A program made the translations under genes and the position numbers. Under the pieces are notes generated by a model. The model was not told the origin of the DNA and searched no databases. It was given only the letters and a program-made list of their open reading frames with translations. Of a DNA stretch of 64,000 bases, positions 37,801 through 49,055 are shown one piece after another. Source of the stretch: Lama guanicoe (taxonomy: Eukaryota). Each line of letters starts with the position of its first letter. The stretch's first letter is position 1. The DNA is taken from contig MU056277.1 of the NCBI GenBank assembly GCA_013239625.1, positions 2,148,076 to 2,212,075 of the forward strand, read 5' to 3'.

Positions 37801-40585
37801 GTCCTCCCAGCCCGACCCTAGCTGCGCCAGCCTCTCCCTTCCCCCAGCGTCGCGGCTGAGCAGGCTGAGTCTTCCTGCCGCGAGTACCTCCTCATCCTGC
37901 TGCTTTCCTTGCTCCTCCCAAGCGGGAAGTGAAATTCCACTCGGACCGCCTTTCCGAGGCCAGGTGGGCAGGTTTCTTCACGAAGTGTTAGAGATCGGTC
38001 AGGGTTGAGACTCCGGCGATGAGGCCCCTGCTTGAAACCAGGAGGGGTCTTCTCCATTCGCAGTGTGTTTCTCTGTCCTGGGAGCCCCTTGAGAACCCCA
38101 CAGAGTAAAGGACCAGGGTCCTGGGAGCACAAAGCGGGGATCAGGCCAGCCCACCCAGGGCCGGGGGTTTCCCCACGTGAGCCGGTCCCCCCCCCCACTC
38201 TGGGACTGAGACGGGGTGGACACGTGTCCTCCAGGGACCTCCTGGGCAAGGCGGGCTCGGGGAAGGGAAGGCCCAGAGGGCTGCTCGTTGGCAGGGACAT
38301 TTTAACGTTGGCCTAAGAACCAGTTCTCTACCTGGTTTCCCAAAGCCAGCTGTCCCCAGCCTGAGGCTCTGGAGTCCTGCGTCTGGGCCACAGCCCAGAG
38401 CACAAAGCCCGTCTCTGGCTAGTCTCTACCACTCCCCAGGGGCCCCGCATACATGGCGTTGCTGGTCGGGGCTACGGGAGGGCAGCCCCCTCCTTGAATG
38501 GGTCACATGCCAGGCCAAGCCCTCCCATCCGTGCCAGGCCTTCAACACAAATGGTCAGGAAAATCTAGAAGAGGTCACCTCAGATGAGACCTGCGCTGTT
38601 TGCCCGCAGTGTGCGTTCTGCATAACTCAGCTAAGCAAAGTTTTACAGTTCCAGTACAAAAGCTCCCGGAGTGCCACTGGCCGGACAGATGTGTAAACAG
38701 GAGATACTGCAAGCCGGGAAAAATCAATGTGGCCAGGCATGCCGTTTCCCAGAAGTGCTCGGCCAGAAGGGCCATTCCTCTGTGTCCTGCCTTGACCGCT
38801 CTGAGGGAGCCCTCCTGCAGAGAAGGCCTGGGACGGCCAGGCCCCCGGGGTCGGGCCGGGGTCTCTTGTCAGAGGTCGCGCACAGGGGAGCTTCCGAAAT
38901 AAAACCTACCTTCCCGTCACGCGAGCTTCTGTCTCCGTTGGTGCTGAGCCCACGAGTCAGGACGGGCAGCTGGGCACGTCCCCCCGCCCCGAGGAGCTGA
39001 AGCTTCCCCGTCTGGAAACAGCTGGATCTAGTGCAACTCGGAGGGAGTTCAGGGACACGCGGTTCCAGGCATCGTCGTGGGGAGGGCGCTGGTCTGGGGC
39101 CCTGGGCCGACCTGTCTCCCTCTCTGAGCAGCACCGTCTGGCTGGGAAGACAAGCTCATCCCCAGGTGGACCCTGGACCAGGCCTGTGCCCCTGGGACAG
39201 TGGGCCTCCTGCCCCCACCCCTGTCTCCCTCAGAAAGTCAGCTCTGGGGCGCAGAGATGTGCTGGGAGCCAGTGGCGAGGAACCAAGGGGCAGGGTGTTG
39301 ACTGTTCCTCCTGAGAGTGAGGGAGGCACCCTCTCCCCACATAAGCACCTTGGGTGCCTGCGGGAGGAGGGCGGGTAGGGAGAGCAGAGCAGGGGTGAGG
39401 GTCAGCAAGCGCTGGGGCCCTGCGCGCACGGGTCTGTGGGTCCCGCTCCCTGGAGGCTCCACCTACAGCAGGAGACCTGGCCGCCAGCTGGGGTGCAGTC
39501 CTTGGGCAGAGCCCTCCGAGCGGGAATGGAGGGTTCCATTTCCATCCTGAAGGGACCCTCGCTGCCACCCCCATGGGACCTCTCCAGCAGAACCCGGGAG
39601 GGAGTCGTTGAGAAGCAGTCTTCACACCATCTCCGAGCATCGCCCAGCACGACTTTAAGCTACAAACGCAGCAGGGTAGCTCTGTGGGGAGATCCTGGGG
39701 GCACTGTGTCGTCGAGTCGGGTGTGTCCTCATCGACGATGCCAGGCAACACGGGGCTTCCTCCTGCCAAGAACAGGGCTCAGTCCTGACCACGGAGGCTG
39801 GCCGGTCAGATCTGCTGAGGTAGGCCCAGACCTCCGAGGTGCCCGAGTCAGAACAAACAAAACAGCTGGGAAAACACATCACACAAGACTCTGAAGGAAA
39901 CCAACAGGAGGCAGTGAGAGAGGGTGCTGTGGGGGTTCTCGTCTGAGGCCCCTGAACAGAAGGGAACCTGGATTTATGAGGCGTGGGAGGAGGGAGAGAG
40001 ACGGAGACAGAGCATCCACCGGTGGTCCCGAGCTGACCTGCCTGGTGAGCGGGACCGGGAGCTTCTCAAGGGTGGGGTGAGTTTGCTGGCCCCTCAGACA
40101 GAGTTCGGCCAATGTCTCCCTTTGGGGCACTGAGCGTGGTTTTTCCCAGAGGCCCTCCAGGCCCCCCACCCCGATCCCCCACGTGGAGCTTGGCTGCGCA
40201 GGGCGGACCCCTGCCCCCCACACCTGGCCCAGAGTTGCCGCCCGCCGGGGGCCCACCTGAGCTTTGCTTCCCAGCCTTGGGCCTGGGGCGCTGGCAGATG
40301 GCCTCTCTGCATCCAGCACCCTGTTCCCCCGGCTGAGCTCCCCCGCATTCCCTCTGGCAGAGACACCTTCCAGCCCCGCAGCCCGGTCTGCTCTGGCTTT
40401 TCATCTCTGCCTTTTCTTCCCTCTTTCCTTAAACAGAAAAGTACAGGACTGAAAACAGAGACAGAACTTGGAGTTTGTCCCAAAAAACATCTAGGAAATT
40501 CAGTGTCCTCACGGGGAGCATCTCCGAGTGGGGGGAGGGGGTGGGTTTCCCTGCCCCCGGGCTGGCCCGGTGCCGTGTCGGCAGG

Positions 40586-40598
40586 TGGACTCTGGCCT
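40586..40598 (+). promoter_or_regulatory. PROZ: PROZ promoter HNF4-like site TGGACTCTGGCCT
   Basis: about 30 nt upstream of the ATG; resembles the HNF4A motif TGGACTTTG. Confidence 0.5.
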
Positions 40599-40619
40599 CT
40601 GCACCACCGCCAGGTCGGG

Positions 40620-40695
40620 ATGGCCACGCGCACCCCGGTCCTGCTGCTGCTCCTGCTGCTTGCGCTCCTGGCCCCACATCGCGCCCAGCCCACAG
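40620..40695 (+). CDS. PROZ: PROZ exon 1, signal peptide MATRTPVLLLLLLLALLAPHRAQPT
   Basis: gggATGg; G|gtagg, 76 nt. Confidence 0.9.
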
Positions 40696-43600
40696 GTAGG
40701 CGCCCGCTGTGGGCCTCCTTTCTGACTCAGCACAGGGTGGGGTGTGGGGGCTTCCTCCAGGAGCCAAGGGGCCCCGGCGTGACTGACATTCATGGCGTCT
40801 GCCATCCGGGGCAAGTACCTTGGAAGTGACCGGGGCCCTCGGGGGGGCCCCCATAGCCACGCCCAGATGGAACCTGCCCTGGGTAAGGGGCTCAGGACAG
40901 CACAGGACATGGCTTCTGGGGGGCCGGGAGCGCAGCCCAGCCCCTCCCAGCCTCCCCCCCCCGGCAGAGCTACAGGACCAAGGGCTGTCTGGGGCTGTGG
41001 TGACAGCTGCTGGGCTCCCGGGGGAGCAGGGGGCACCCACGACCACTTCAGCGAGTCGGCTGCCCGGCTGTCTCCTTAGAGGGAGCGGTAGGCCCTGCGC
41101 AGCTTTCAAGTGTCTTGGTTTCATGTTTATCCGGACACCGGGCGCTGTGAGTGGAGGTTCTCCTCCACCCCCTCACCCCCTCCTCCTTCGGACCTACCCA
41201 AACCCCCCCAGCTCTGTCTGCAGCTCCCCAGGGGTCAGTGGATGGGGAGTACCAGACCTGCGCTGCCCCCAAGCCCCCCAGCCCTGCTGCACACACAGCC
41301 ACTGCGCCCCTGCTCTGACCCCGGGACGAGAACACACCAGATGGTGAAGGTTGAGCACGGAAATCAAATGCAAAGTCAGACGATTAGTCTTCAACAACAG
41401 TTGTGGGTTGAAATGCTAGTGTTTTAGGTCTATCGAGTTACGTGTTAGAAAAGTTAGCATAACCTCTTTCTTTGCACGTTCCAAATGTACTGGGACATTC
41501 ATGACCCCGGGGCCTGTGTCCACTTCTCTCGGACAGCGCTGCCCCCAACAGCCAAGCCTCCAGCTGGCCCACCTCCCCTGCCCATCCATCTCTGCACAGC
41601 AGACAGGAGGGGTCAGATCCCTCTTCTGGCAAACCTTTGGAATAAAATCCAAAGCTCCAAATGTGGCGTAAGAGGGCCCTGCTGGCAGCACAGAGCTCAC
41701 AACTGCACCGCGAACGGCCGGCCGCAGCAGCTTAACAATGTGGGGACTGGCGGGGGTGTGGTCCAGACACCCAGGAAACCTGCCAATGGAACTGGAAACA
41801 GACTAGATGTTTTATCCTGTCTTCAATATGTGCACCTGCCCGGCACAGGGGGAGTGGCCAACAGCAGCAAAGAACGAAGGCGGGGAAGCGGAGCCCTCAG
41901 CCCTCCACCTGGTCCCCCCGGAACCCAGGACCTCGCAGTCCCAGGCACAGAGCCTGCCCCGGCCCGGGGAGGTGGGGCATCCAGGGGACCCCAGCCAGCC
42001 CAGACCGTGCAGAGGAATGAGACGGACTCCCCAACCGGATGCTGGCACTGGAGGGAGAAAGAAAAGCCTCTCCGGAGAATCAGTCACCACAGTTGGCCCA
42101 GGGGTCTGGAAACCCACAGCCTAGCGTCACGTCTGCCTTGACATCTCCGGGGAGATGCGGGTCCTCTGCAGAGAAGCCCACGGGCCATTCATGGTAAAAG
42201 AAAAAACCCCAAACACACGGGGAACAAGACAACCATGAACCTGCAGTAGAAAGAATAGAATCAGACTCACGGAAACCTTGACGCCCAGATACAGAGCCCA
42301 AGGGTTCGGCGTGTTTCAGGAACCGTGCTAAAGACAAGAGACGTGAAAAGGCTCAGACGTGAGGAACAACCAAACAGAACTTTCCAAGATGGAAAACATT
42401 GATTTGAACTTTTAAATCTGTTAAATAAACTAACCAACACAAAGCATTTGGACAAGAGACAGTCCTCCTTTCCAGGAGAAGGCCAGTCAGCAAATGCAGA
42501 AGGAATGAGAGTTGTAAGGCACTGTTTTGCAATTAAAATTTAATCGCTGCTTCAGGACAAACCACGTTGAGTTAGACCATTGGAGAACAGACACTCACAG
42601 TCGCAAAGTATCGTCCTCACAGTTGAGAAGTCTGGGGACACCACCTGTAGTGCCCCAGACTTGATGTCCGCCCAGAGCCTCAGGATCCGGCCTTTGGAAA
42701 TAGGGTCTTTAGTTAAGAGACAGGGTGGGCCCCAAATCCAGTGACCGTGACCGAAGCCCTTGTAACGAGGCTCACCGTGCAGTCCTCCCCATGTGGCCCT
42801 CATCCTTATATTCCAGACTGGGACTCAGAGCTCCAGCTGTCACTTCTGTGCCCCAGGCAGCAAGGTGGAGGGAAGGGCAAAGGAATCAGCCAAGGGCCAC
42901 CCCAGTGGTCTTTTCCAAGAAGACTCCCAGGAGCTGCAGCCTGGCCGTCTGTTTGCGCCTTGGTGGCTGGCACTCAGCCCAGACTGGGGCAGCCTGTCCC
43001 GGGCAGCAGAGTGCCTGGCTAGAGAGCGGGGTTTGTCCTGGCAGAGGGCTGCCCAGGGGACAGCCCCTCCAGCCCCGCCTCCCACCCATCCTGTGCTAAG
43101 CGAACTCCTACTCAGCTCCCCTTCCGCGGGGACGCCCTCTGCACCCTGCAGCCCTCCCGCTCCTACCTGGTCCTCCTGGTGTGCAGTGCCCTGACTCCTC
43201 ACCTGTCCGCGGCCCTGATCATAGCTCAGTGCCTTGTGTGTGACGTGGTTTGCTGAAACAGGGCCTGGCCTGTCTGGTTTCTGCAGATGTCCCGCGCCGG
43301 CCCCGCCCCTGCGTGAGGAGCGTGTGGTATGTGGTAGACACCTCGGGGAGGGCTGAGCCCGTCTGGTGTGGGCTCACTGCTCCCTCCCCTGCACCCAAGA
43401 TTGTAGCCAAACTGGCCACCCTCCACTTGAGCGAGGTTGCTTTGTGGCAGAGACCAAAGTGACCCTCACACATCCATCCCAGACCCCCACCCCACCCCAG
43501 TGCAGACTGCTGGGAAGCACCTGCCCAGCAGGGCTGTGTCCCCAAGCCCCCCGCAGGACGTGAGTGGGGGTCCTGCCCCGACTTCCCCCCGCAGGCGGCC

Positions 43601-46600
43601 GCGTGCGAGGAGCCTGGGGCCCACGTCTTCTGGAGCAGGAAGCAGAGCTCCTCCCCAGTATGAGCGGTGGGCGTGGGGTCCGCTCGGCACCGCAGCGCAG
43701 ACCCTGACCTGTGGGAAGCGGGGCTCCCGGTTCTGGGGCTCCCACCCACACTGAGGCGCCCGCACTCCTGTCTTGCTGCAGTGTTTCTTCCCGCCTCAAA
43801 AGCAAGTGAAGTTCTGGTGAGATGGAAGCGGGCTGGCTCCTACCTTCTGGAAGAGCTCTTCCAGGGAAATTTAGAAAAAGAGTGTTATGAAGAAATCTGT
43901 GTCTATGAAGAAGCCAGAGAAGTGTTTGAAAATGATGCCCCCACTGTATGTACCCACCGTGAACTCGCTTTCCCCTTACTCAACTGCTGCTGCCTTAGGG
44001 AACATTACTTTCTCAGAGACTAAACTAACCTAGTTACTTAGCTGTGAGGTTGACGTGGCCCTAATCTTACAGACGAGGGAACCGAGACAGACAAGGGGAA
44101 ACAACCTGCCCCAGCCAGGAAGCGGGGGCGCGGGGCGCCGTCTTCAGATTGAGCCAGTTAGCGCGTTGATCAGACTGACCCAGCGCAGAGGCCTCAGCTG
44201 GGTAAGACGGACAGGATTTGGTACTTGCAGTCGAACATAGTTGTTTCAACCCGGCCCAGGGGGCCAGCCTGGTAAGGACGTCACCCATAGTCTGTCAGTT
44301 GGATTAGAAGTGGCTCCGTGTGCACGCTAAGCCACACTAGGGAGAATTTGCTGTTCTCCGTGACGCAGGCTTGTCGGGAGACAGAGGGACTGCGTGTGTG
44401 TGAGAATCTCGGAGCAGGGAGATACTGAGTAAAGACTTACCAGTTCCACCTGTCAAAGTAGCGATATTTAAAGTTGATTCTGGACAAAGTGTTGGCCCAT
44501 TTCTCTAGCATGTCTCAAAAATACTGTAAAGTCATGGTTTCTTAGGTGCTCGTGGGTAAGAGGACTCCTCTGAAACAGACTGTCCTTAGCGGAGCTGAGC
44601 GTCAGGCCTCCTGCGGAGGGAAACCAGGGCTCCCGGCCCGGGACTTGCGACGTCGAGCGGGGGGCGGGGGCAGTTACGTGTCTGCTTCCTTGCTAGGCTT
44701 TAAGCCTGATTCTCCTAATTAGATACCCGCACCCCAGACTAACCCCCCACCTTTAAATATTTAATCATCGTGGAGTTGGCTTATAAAAAAAGAAAAAGTC
44801 CTGTGAACTGTTTACATCTGCATCATGTGCTCTGCAGAACGGGGACATGGAGACGGCCTGGGGGCGGTGGGCGTCAGAAGGGCCCCGGGAGGTCGCGGTG
44901 TTTGCGCCGTGTCATAGACTTTTCCTTCCTCAAGGGGGTGACAGTAAACACACACTGAGTAGGACACGGGATGTCTATGAAAGAGGACATGAGCAGATGT
45001 AAAGAGCGGTGTTCTTTGCTGCACCCGCCTTCTCCGATCTCCAAGCCCACCCACGGGGGAAAACACAGGGAGACACACGCCCACTTGTAACACCTGCATG
45101 TTTTCACTCCGCAGGCCGAGTTCTGGAAGACGTACATGGGTAAGCGCTTCCTCCGCCGACTCCAGGATTATGTCCTGTTTTCTCCATTAAGATCAGGGAA
45201 GGCCTTGGCTCAGGACACCTGCTAGCTTTAGGTCGGTGGATTCCAGATGTTAAGCCTTGGGCTCCTGGACCCTCAGCCCAAAGGAAGAGCCTGGCACTGC
45301 CCAGGGACAACGAGGTGGGGAAGGCCCCGGGGTCCTGTGGGCGTCAAGGTGAAGCTCCCTCTGGCCTCGGGCTGAAGGGTCAGAACCTAGTGAAGCTGAG
45401 GGAAGTGACGGTCCAGCCAAGGCATGGGGGATGCCGGGTGACCCTGCAGGGAGTGCAGCTGGACCACAGTGACCGAGGGCAGCATCAGGAGGAGCTGCGG
45501 TCATGTGGGCGCTCAGCAAGGACCCCTGCGGGCAGCAGCCCCCTCCAGCCTCCTGGTGTCCTGGGCAGCGGGGCCGGAGTACCTGCCCGAGGTCCTCACG
45601 CCTCTCTCGCCAGGTGGCTCCCCGTGCATCTCCCAGCCCTGCCTCAACAATGGGTCCTGCCAGGACAGCATCCGCAGCTACACCTGCACCTGCGCCCCGG
45701 GCTACGAGGGCCGTGACTGCGCCTTCTGTGAGCCCGCCCCCGCCTGCCCCATCCCCTCCCCACCTTACCCCCACTCCACCCCTNNNNNNNNNNNNNNNNN
45801 NNNNNNNNNNNNNNNNNNNNNNNNNNNNNNNNNNNNNNNNNNNNNNNNNNNNNNNNNNNNNNNNNNNNNNNNNNNNNNNNNNNNNNNNNNNNNNNNNNNN
45901 NNNNNNNNNNNNNNNNNNNNNNNNNNNNNNNNNNNNNNNNNNNNNNAGAGCGCCCACAGGTGGGAACCTGGTTCTCCACTGGGAATCACATTCTGGAAAA
46001 GGCCCTACTGCTCCCAGACGCTAACCCTAATCCCCAACCCACCCCCTGTGGGGTCACCTCCTCTTCCTCCCAGTCCCACCCCCACCCTGACCATCTGCCC
46101 TCTACTCGCGGGTGCTCCTGGGGCCTGGCTGACCCTGAGCAGGGGGATGGGTCCCCAGGGGGCAGGGACTGCACGCAGCTCCCGCGGTTGTGGGTGGAGA
46201 CCCTCCCTGCAGCCTGGTCGACTGACGTTTCTTAAACATTGTGAACGTTTACTCACGGGGGTGGGCAAAGCCAGTTCCGTCAGTAGGTACTAGGTGCAGA
46301 CGTAAACTCAGTCCTCCGATACCTCTGGTCAACGCAGAGCCAACTTTCCGGGACAGACACCGTTTCTGGCCTGGGTTTCTCCTCTGAAGCCGTTTTTCAC
46401 TCCAGCTGCCTGCTAGGGCCCCCCCAATGCTGTGTAGGCACCCCAAGCCCAGCACACACCAAAGGAGGGTCTCCAGCTTCACCCCACGCCTGCCCCTCCC
46501 CCATCCCACCTGCTGGACCCGCAGCGGGTCACAGTACCCCGCCGGGAAGAGGCCACTTAAAGCGAGCAGCTCCTGTAGCCAGAGCGAGCACACGGGGCGT

Positions 46601-48981
46601 GCAGACTCCGGGCCCAAGCTGCTCTTGGGGACAGGGACAGGCTGTCACTGCCTTGCCTTCTCTCCAGCTGGTCTTGGATCCAGGGTGGGGGGTGGGAACA
46701 CTCGCAGCAGCAGACCACAGTCTGACAAGAAGGAGGACTTTCAGAGTGAAAAACCAGGCACCCCCCACCCTGGGCACAAGGCAGTTTAAGAAAGACTACT
46801 TCCAGGTTGACGGTTCTGGGGTCCCATTTTTTTCCTTTTCAGCTAAAAATGGGTGTCACCCCTCGAGGACCGACGGGTGTCAGCACTTCTGCCACCCGGG
46901 ACCAGAGTCCTACACGTGCAGCTGTGCGGAGGGGCACACGCTGGGCCCAGACCACAAATCCTGCCTCCCACACGGTGAGCTCCCTGCGCGCCACGTCCTC
47001 TGCGGGCACGTCCTAGACGCATGTCCTCCATGCGGGCCAGGGGTCTAGTCTCCCGTTGAGGCCACCCGGGCCTCCCCTGCTCTGCGTCCACACGGAGTTA
47101 TCTCAGCTGATCGGCTTTAAGGAACAGGCTGGAGGGGTCAGCAACCAGACGAGGCTGGCATCTCCCCAGGAGGCACTGACCTCTCTTTCCGTGTGGCCGT
47201 CACAATGCAGAGAGCTGTGCATGCGGGACCCTCACGCCGCAGAGAAGCAAGCAGGAGCTTCAGGTGTTCCCGTGGCAGGTAACAGACACTTCAGAAACAC
47301 GTTTTGTCTTTTCCATCTTCTTTGCCACATAGAAATGTAACACCAGAGTCAAAGGGGTGTCGTGATTTAGGTGGACTGTTTACTAATCTCAACATCACTC
47401 TGCAGAGCACTTTCTCATGCTGAATTCACGTCTCCAGTCTCGTCATTATTTGCACCAAGTGAAAACCTACAGATTTACTTACAGCCATCCAGGCCTGTCT
47501 CTGAGTTCAGAATCCCCATTTCTCTCAGAACATAAGCATCCCTGAAGGGGCGGCTTCTCCCCACAGCGCCTGGCTGGAGCTGGGCCCCGGAGCCGCATGC
47601 CCTGACCGGGGGGCTGTTTCAGAGCCCACTACACTGTGCTGCCCTCGCCCTGCAGAGTGTCACTAGCTCTTTATTGTCTGTTTTGGTTTTTAAAGGTGAA
47701 ACTAGCAAATTCCGAAGGGAAAGACTTCTGTGGCGGTGTCATCATACAGGAAAACGTGGTGCTGACGACAGCAGGGTGTTCGCTGCGGTACAGAAACATC
47801 AGTGTGAGAGCAAGTAAGTTTCATCATTCGTTTTATCAGATCATATTAGAAAGAAAAACTGTCCTATGTAGAAATAAAATGAAAAGCTTAAATCTAGAAT
47901 TTTTGTTTCTAATGTAACACAGACTGCATTTAGCTCCCACGCTAGTGAGGTCATGTAGAAAGTCAGAAGCAGACGTGAAACACCTAGACGTCTGCACACA
48001 GCAAGCAGACAGACCCCAGTGCTGAGTCCGAGGAGGAGGGCACAGTGGATGGAGACTGGACGCTGAACTGGAGCCCCGCGGGCCCCCGGTCTGGGCTGTG
48101 CCTGAGCACGTGCCCCCAGGGGTCTCAGGCCCGCGGATACTTGACTGTCCATCCCCACACATTTCTCAGTCAACAGAACATCTGCCTAGAAGACGACTTC
48201 TGACCAGCCCAGTGTGGTCGCCTGGAGAAGCTCCCCAACCCCTTCCTGCTCTCCTGACCTCATCCTCAACAGCACTGTAGCCTCCCCCGAGGAACTCGCT
48301 CGGGTTTTGGAGGGCAGGGCAGGCCGGGCCACGGTGCTTGTCTGTGGATGAGCGAGCAGCGATGAGGAGGGAGGGCCTGGCCGGGGGTGGCTGTCCAGCC
48401 AGCCCCCAGTCTCAGGCAGAGACCCAACAAGCTTTGCCCGCAACGCGCGGCCTCCCGCAGGTCTCCGCAGGCCCCCCGAGGACGCGCCGGTGGCGGTGGC
48501 GGCCACGCACGTGCACGAGCGGTACGACGCGGAGACGGGGGACAACGACTTGGCCCTGCTGGCACTGGCGCGGCCCCTCCGCTGCCCCGACGCCGCGCGC
48601 CCGGTGTGCGCGCCCGAGGCCGACTTCGCTGAGCAGGTGCTGGTGCCGTGGGCGATGGCGCCCGCGCAGCTGCCTGTCGAGCCCGTGGACGCCGAGGAGT
48701 GCGGCCGCACCCTGAACGCGACGGTGACCACGAGGACGAGCTGCGAGCGAGGCGCGGCGGCCGGGGCGGCGCTGTGGGTGGCGGGCAGCGCGGTCAGCAG
48801 GCGGCGCGGGGGCACCTGGTTCCTGACGGGGCTGCTGCGCGTGGGGCCCCCGGCGGGGCCTGGCCAGCCGCTCCTGGTCACCAAGGTCCCCAGGTACTCG
48901 CTGTGGCTCCGACGAGTCACACGGCAGCTGAGCCCCGTGAATCCGAGACAGCCGCACCTTCACAATAGCTCCCTCGGCTGA
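40620..48981 (+). CDS. PROZ: vitamin K-dependent protein Z precursor (pseudoprotease, ZPI cofactor), 405 aa as assembled
   Basis: exons 76+164+25+114+132+68+118+521=1218 nt; RWKR|AGSYLLEELF Gla, 2 EGF, no IVGG, His57 position = Gly (TTAGC), no GDSGG. Confidence 0.96.
42670..42770 (+). mobile_element. MLT1-type (ERVL-MaLR) LTR fragment
   Basis: tttggaaatagggtcttt..agggtgggccccaaatcca motif. Confidence 0.6.
43782..43945 (+). CDS. PROZ: PROZ exon 2, propeptide + Gla
   Basis: VFLPASKASEVLVRWKR|AGSYLLEELFQGNLEKECYEEIC, 164 nt. Confidence 0.96.
45115..45139 (+). CDS. PROZ: PROZ exon 3 AEFWKTYM
   Basis: cag|GCC..G|gtaag, 25 nt. Confidence 0.93.
45614..45727 (+). CDS. PROZ: PROZ exon 4, EGF1
   Basis: GSPCISQPCLNNGSCQDSIRSYTCTCAPGYEGRDCAF, 114 nt. 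Confidence 0.95.
45784..45946. other. assembly gap (163 N); a second gap of 16 N lies at 4851-4866
   Basis: N runs indicate a scaffolded draft assembly. Confidence 1.
46843..46974 (+). CDS. PROZ: PROZ exon 5, EGF2
   Basis: KNGCHPSRTDGCQHFCHPGPESYTCSCAEGHTLGPDHKSCLPH, 132 nt. Confidence 0.95.
47211..47278 (+). CDS. PROZ: PROZ exon 6 SCACGTLTPQRSKQELQVFPWQ
   Basis: cag|AG..CAG|gtaac, 68 nt. Confidence 0.92.
47696..47813 (+). CDS. PROZ: PROZ exon 7 VKLANSEGKDFCGGVIIQENVVLTTAGCSLRYRNISVRA
   Basis: aag|GTG..A|gtaag, 118 nt. Confidence 0.95.
48461..48981 (+). CDS. PROZ: PROZ exon 8, pseudo-protease domain to stop
   Basis: HVHERYDAETGDNDLALL..PVCAPEADFAE..LNATVTTRTSCE..WFLTG..VTKVPRYSLW. Confidence 0.92.
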
Positions 48982-49049
48982 CGGCCTCCCCTCGGGGCTG
49001 CTTATCTAAACAGAGCCCCCCAGAGCAGGCAGAGGGGGTGGCACATCAC

Positions 49050-49055
49050 AATAAA
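49050..49055 (+). terminator. PROZ: PROZ polyadenylation signal AATAAA
   Basis: 69 nt after the stop codon. Confidence 0.75.

Noticed and set aside
46021-46046. CTAACCCTAA telomere-like motif near the gap
   Set aside because: Fewer than two full units in C-rich low-complexity sequence
47770-47781. Missing catalytic His/Ser and no IVGG in PROZ taken as pseudogenisation
   Set aside because: Protein Z is a known pseudoprotease, so these losses are normal
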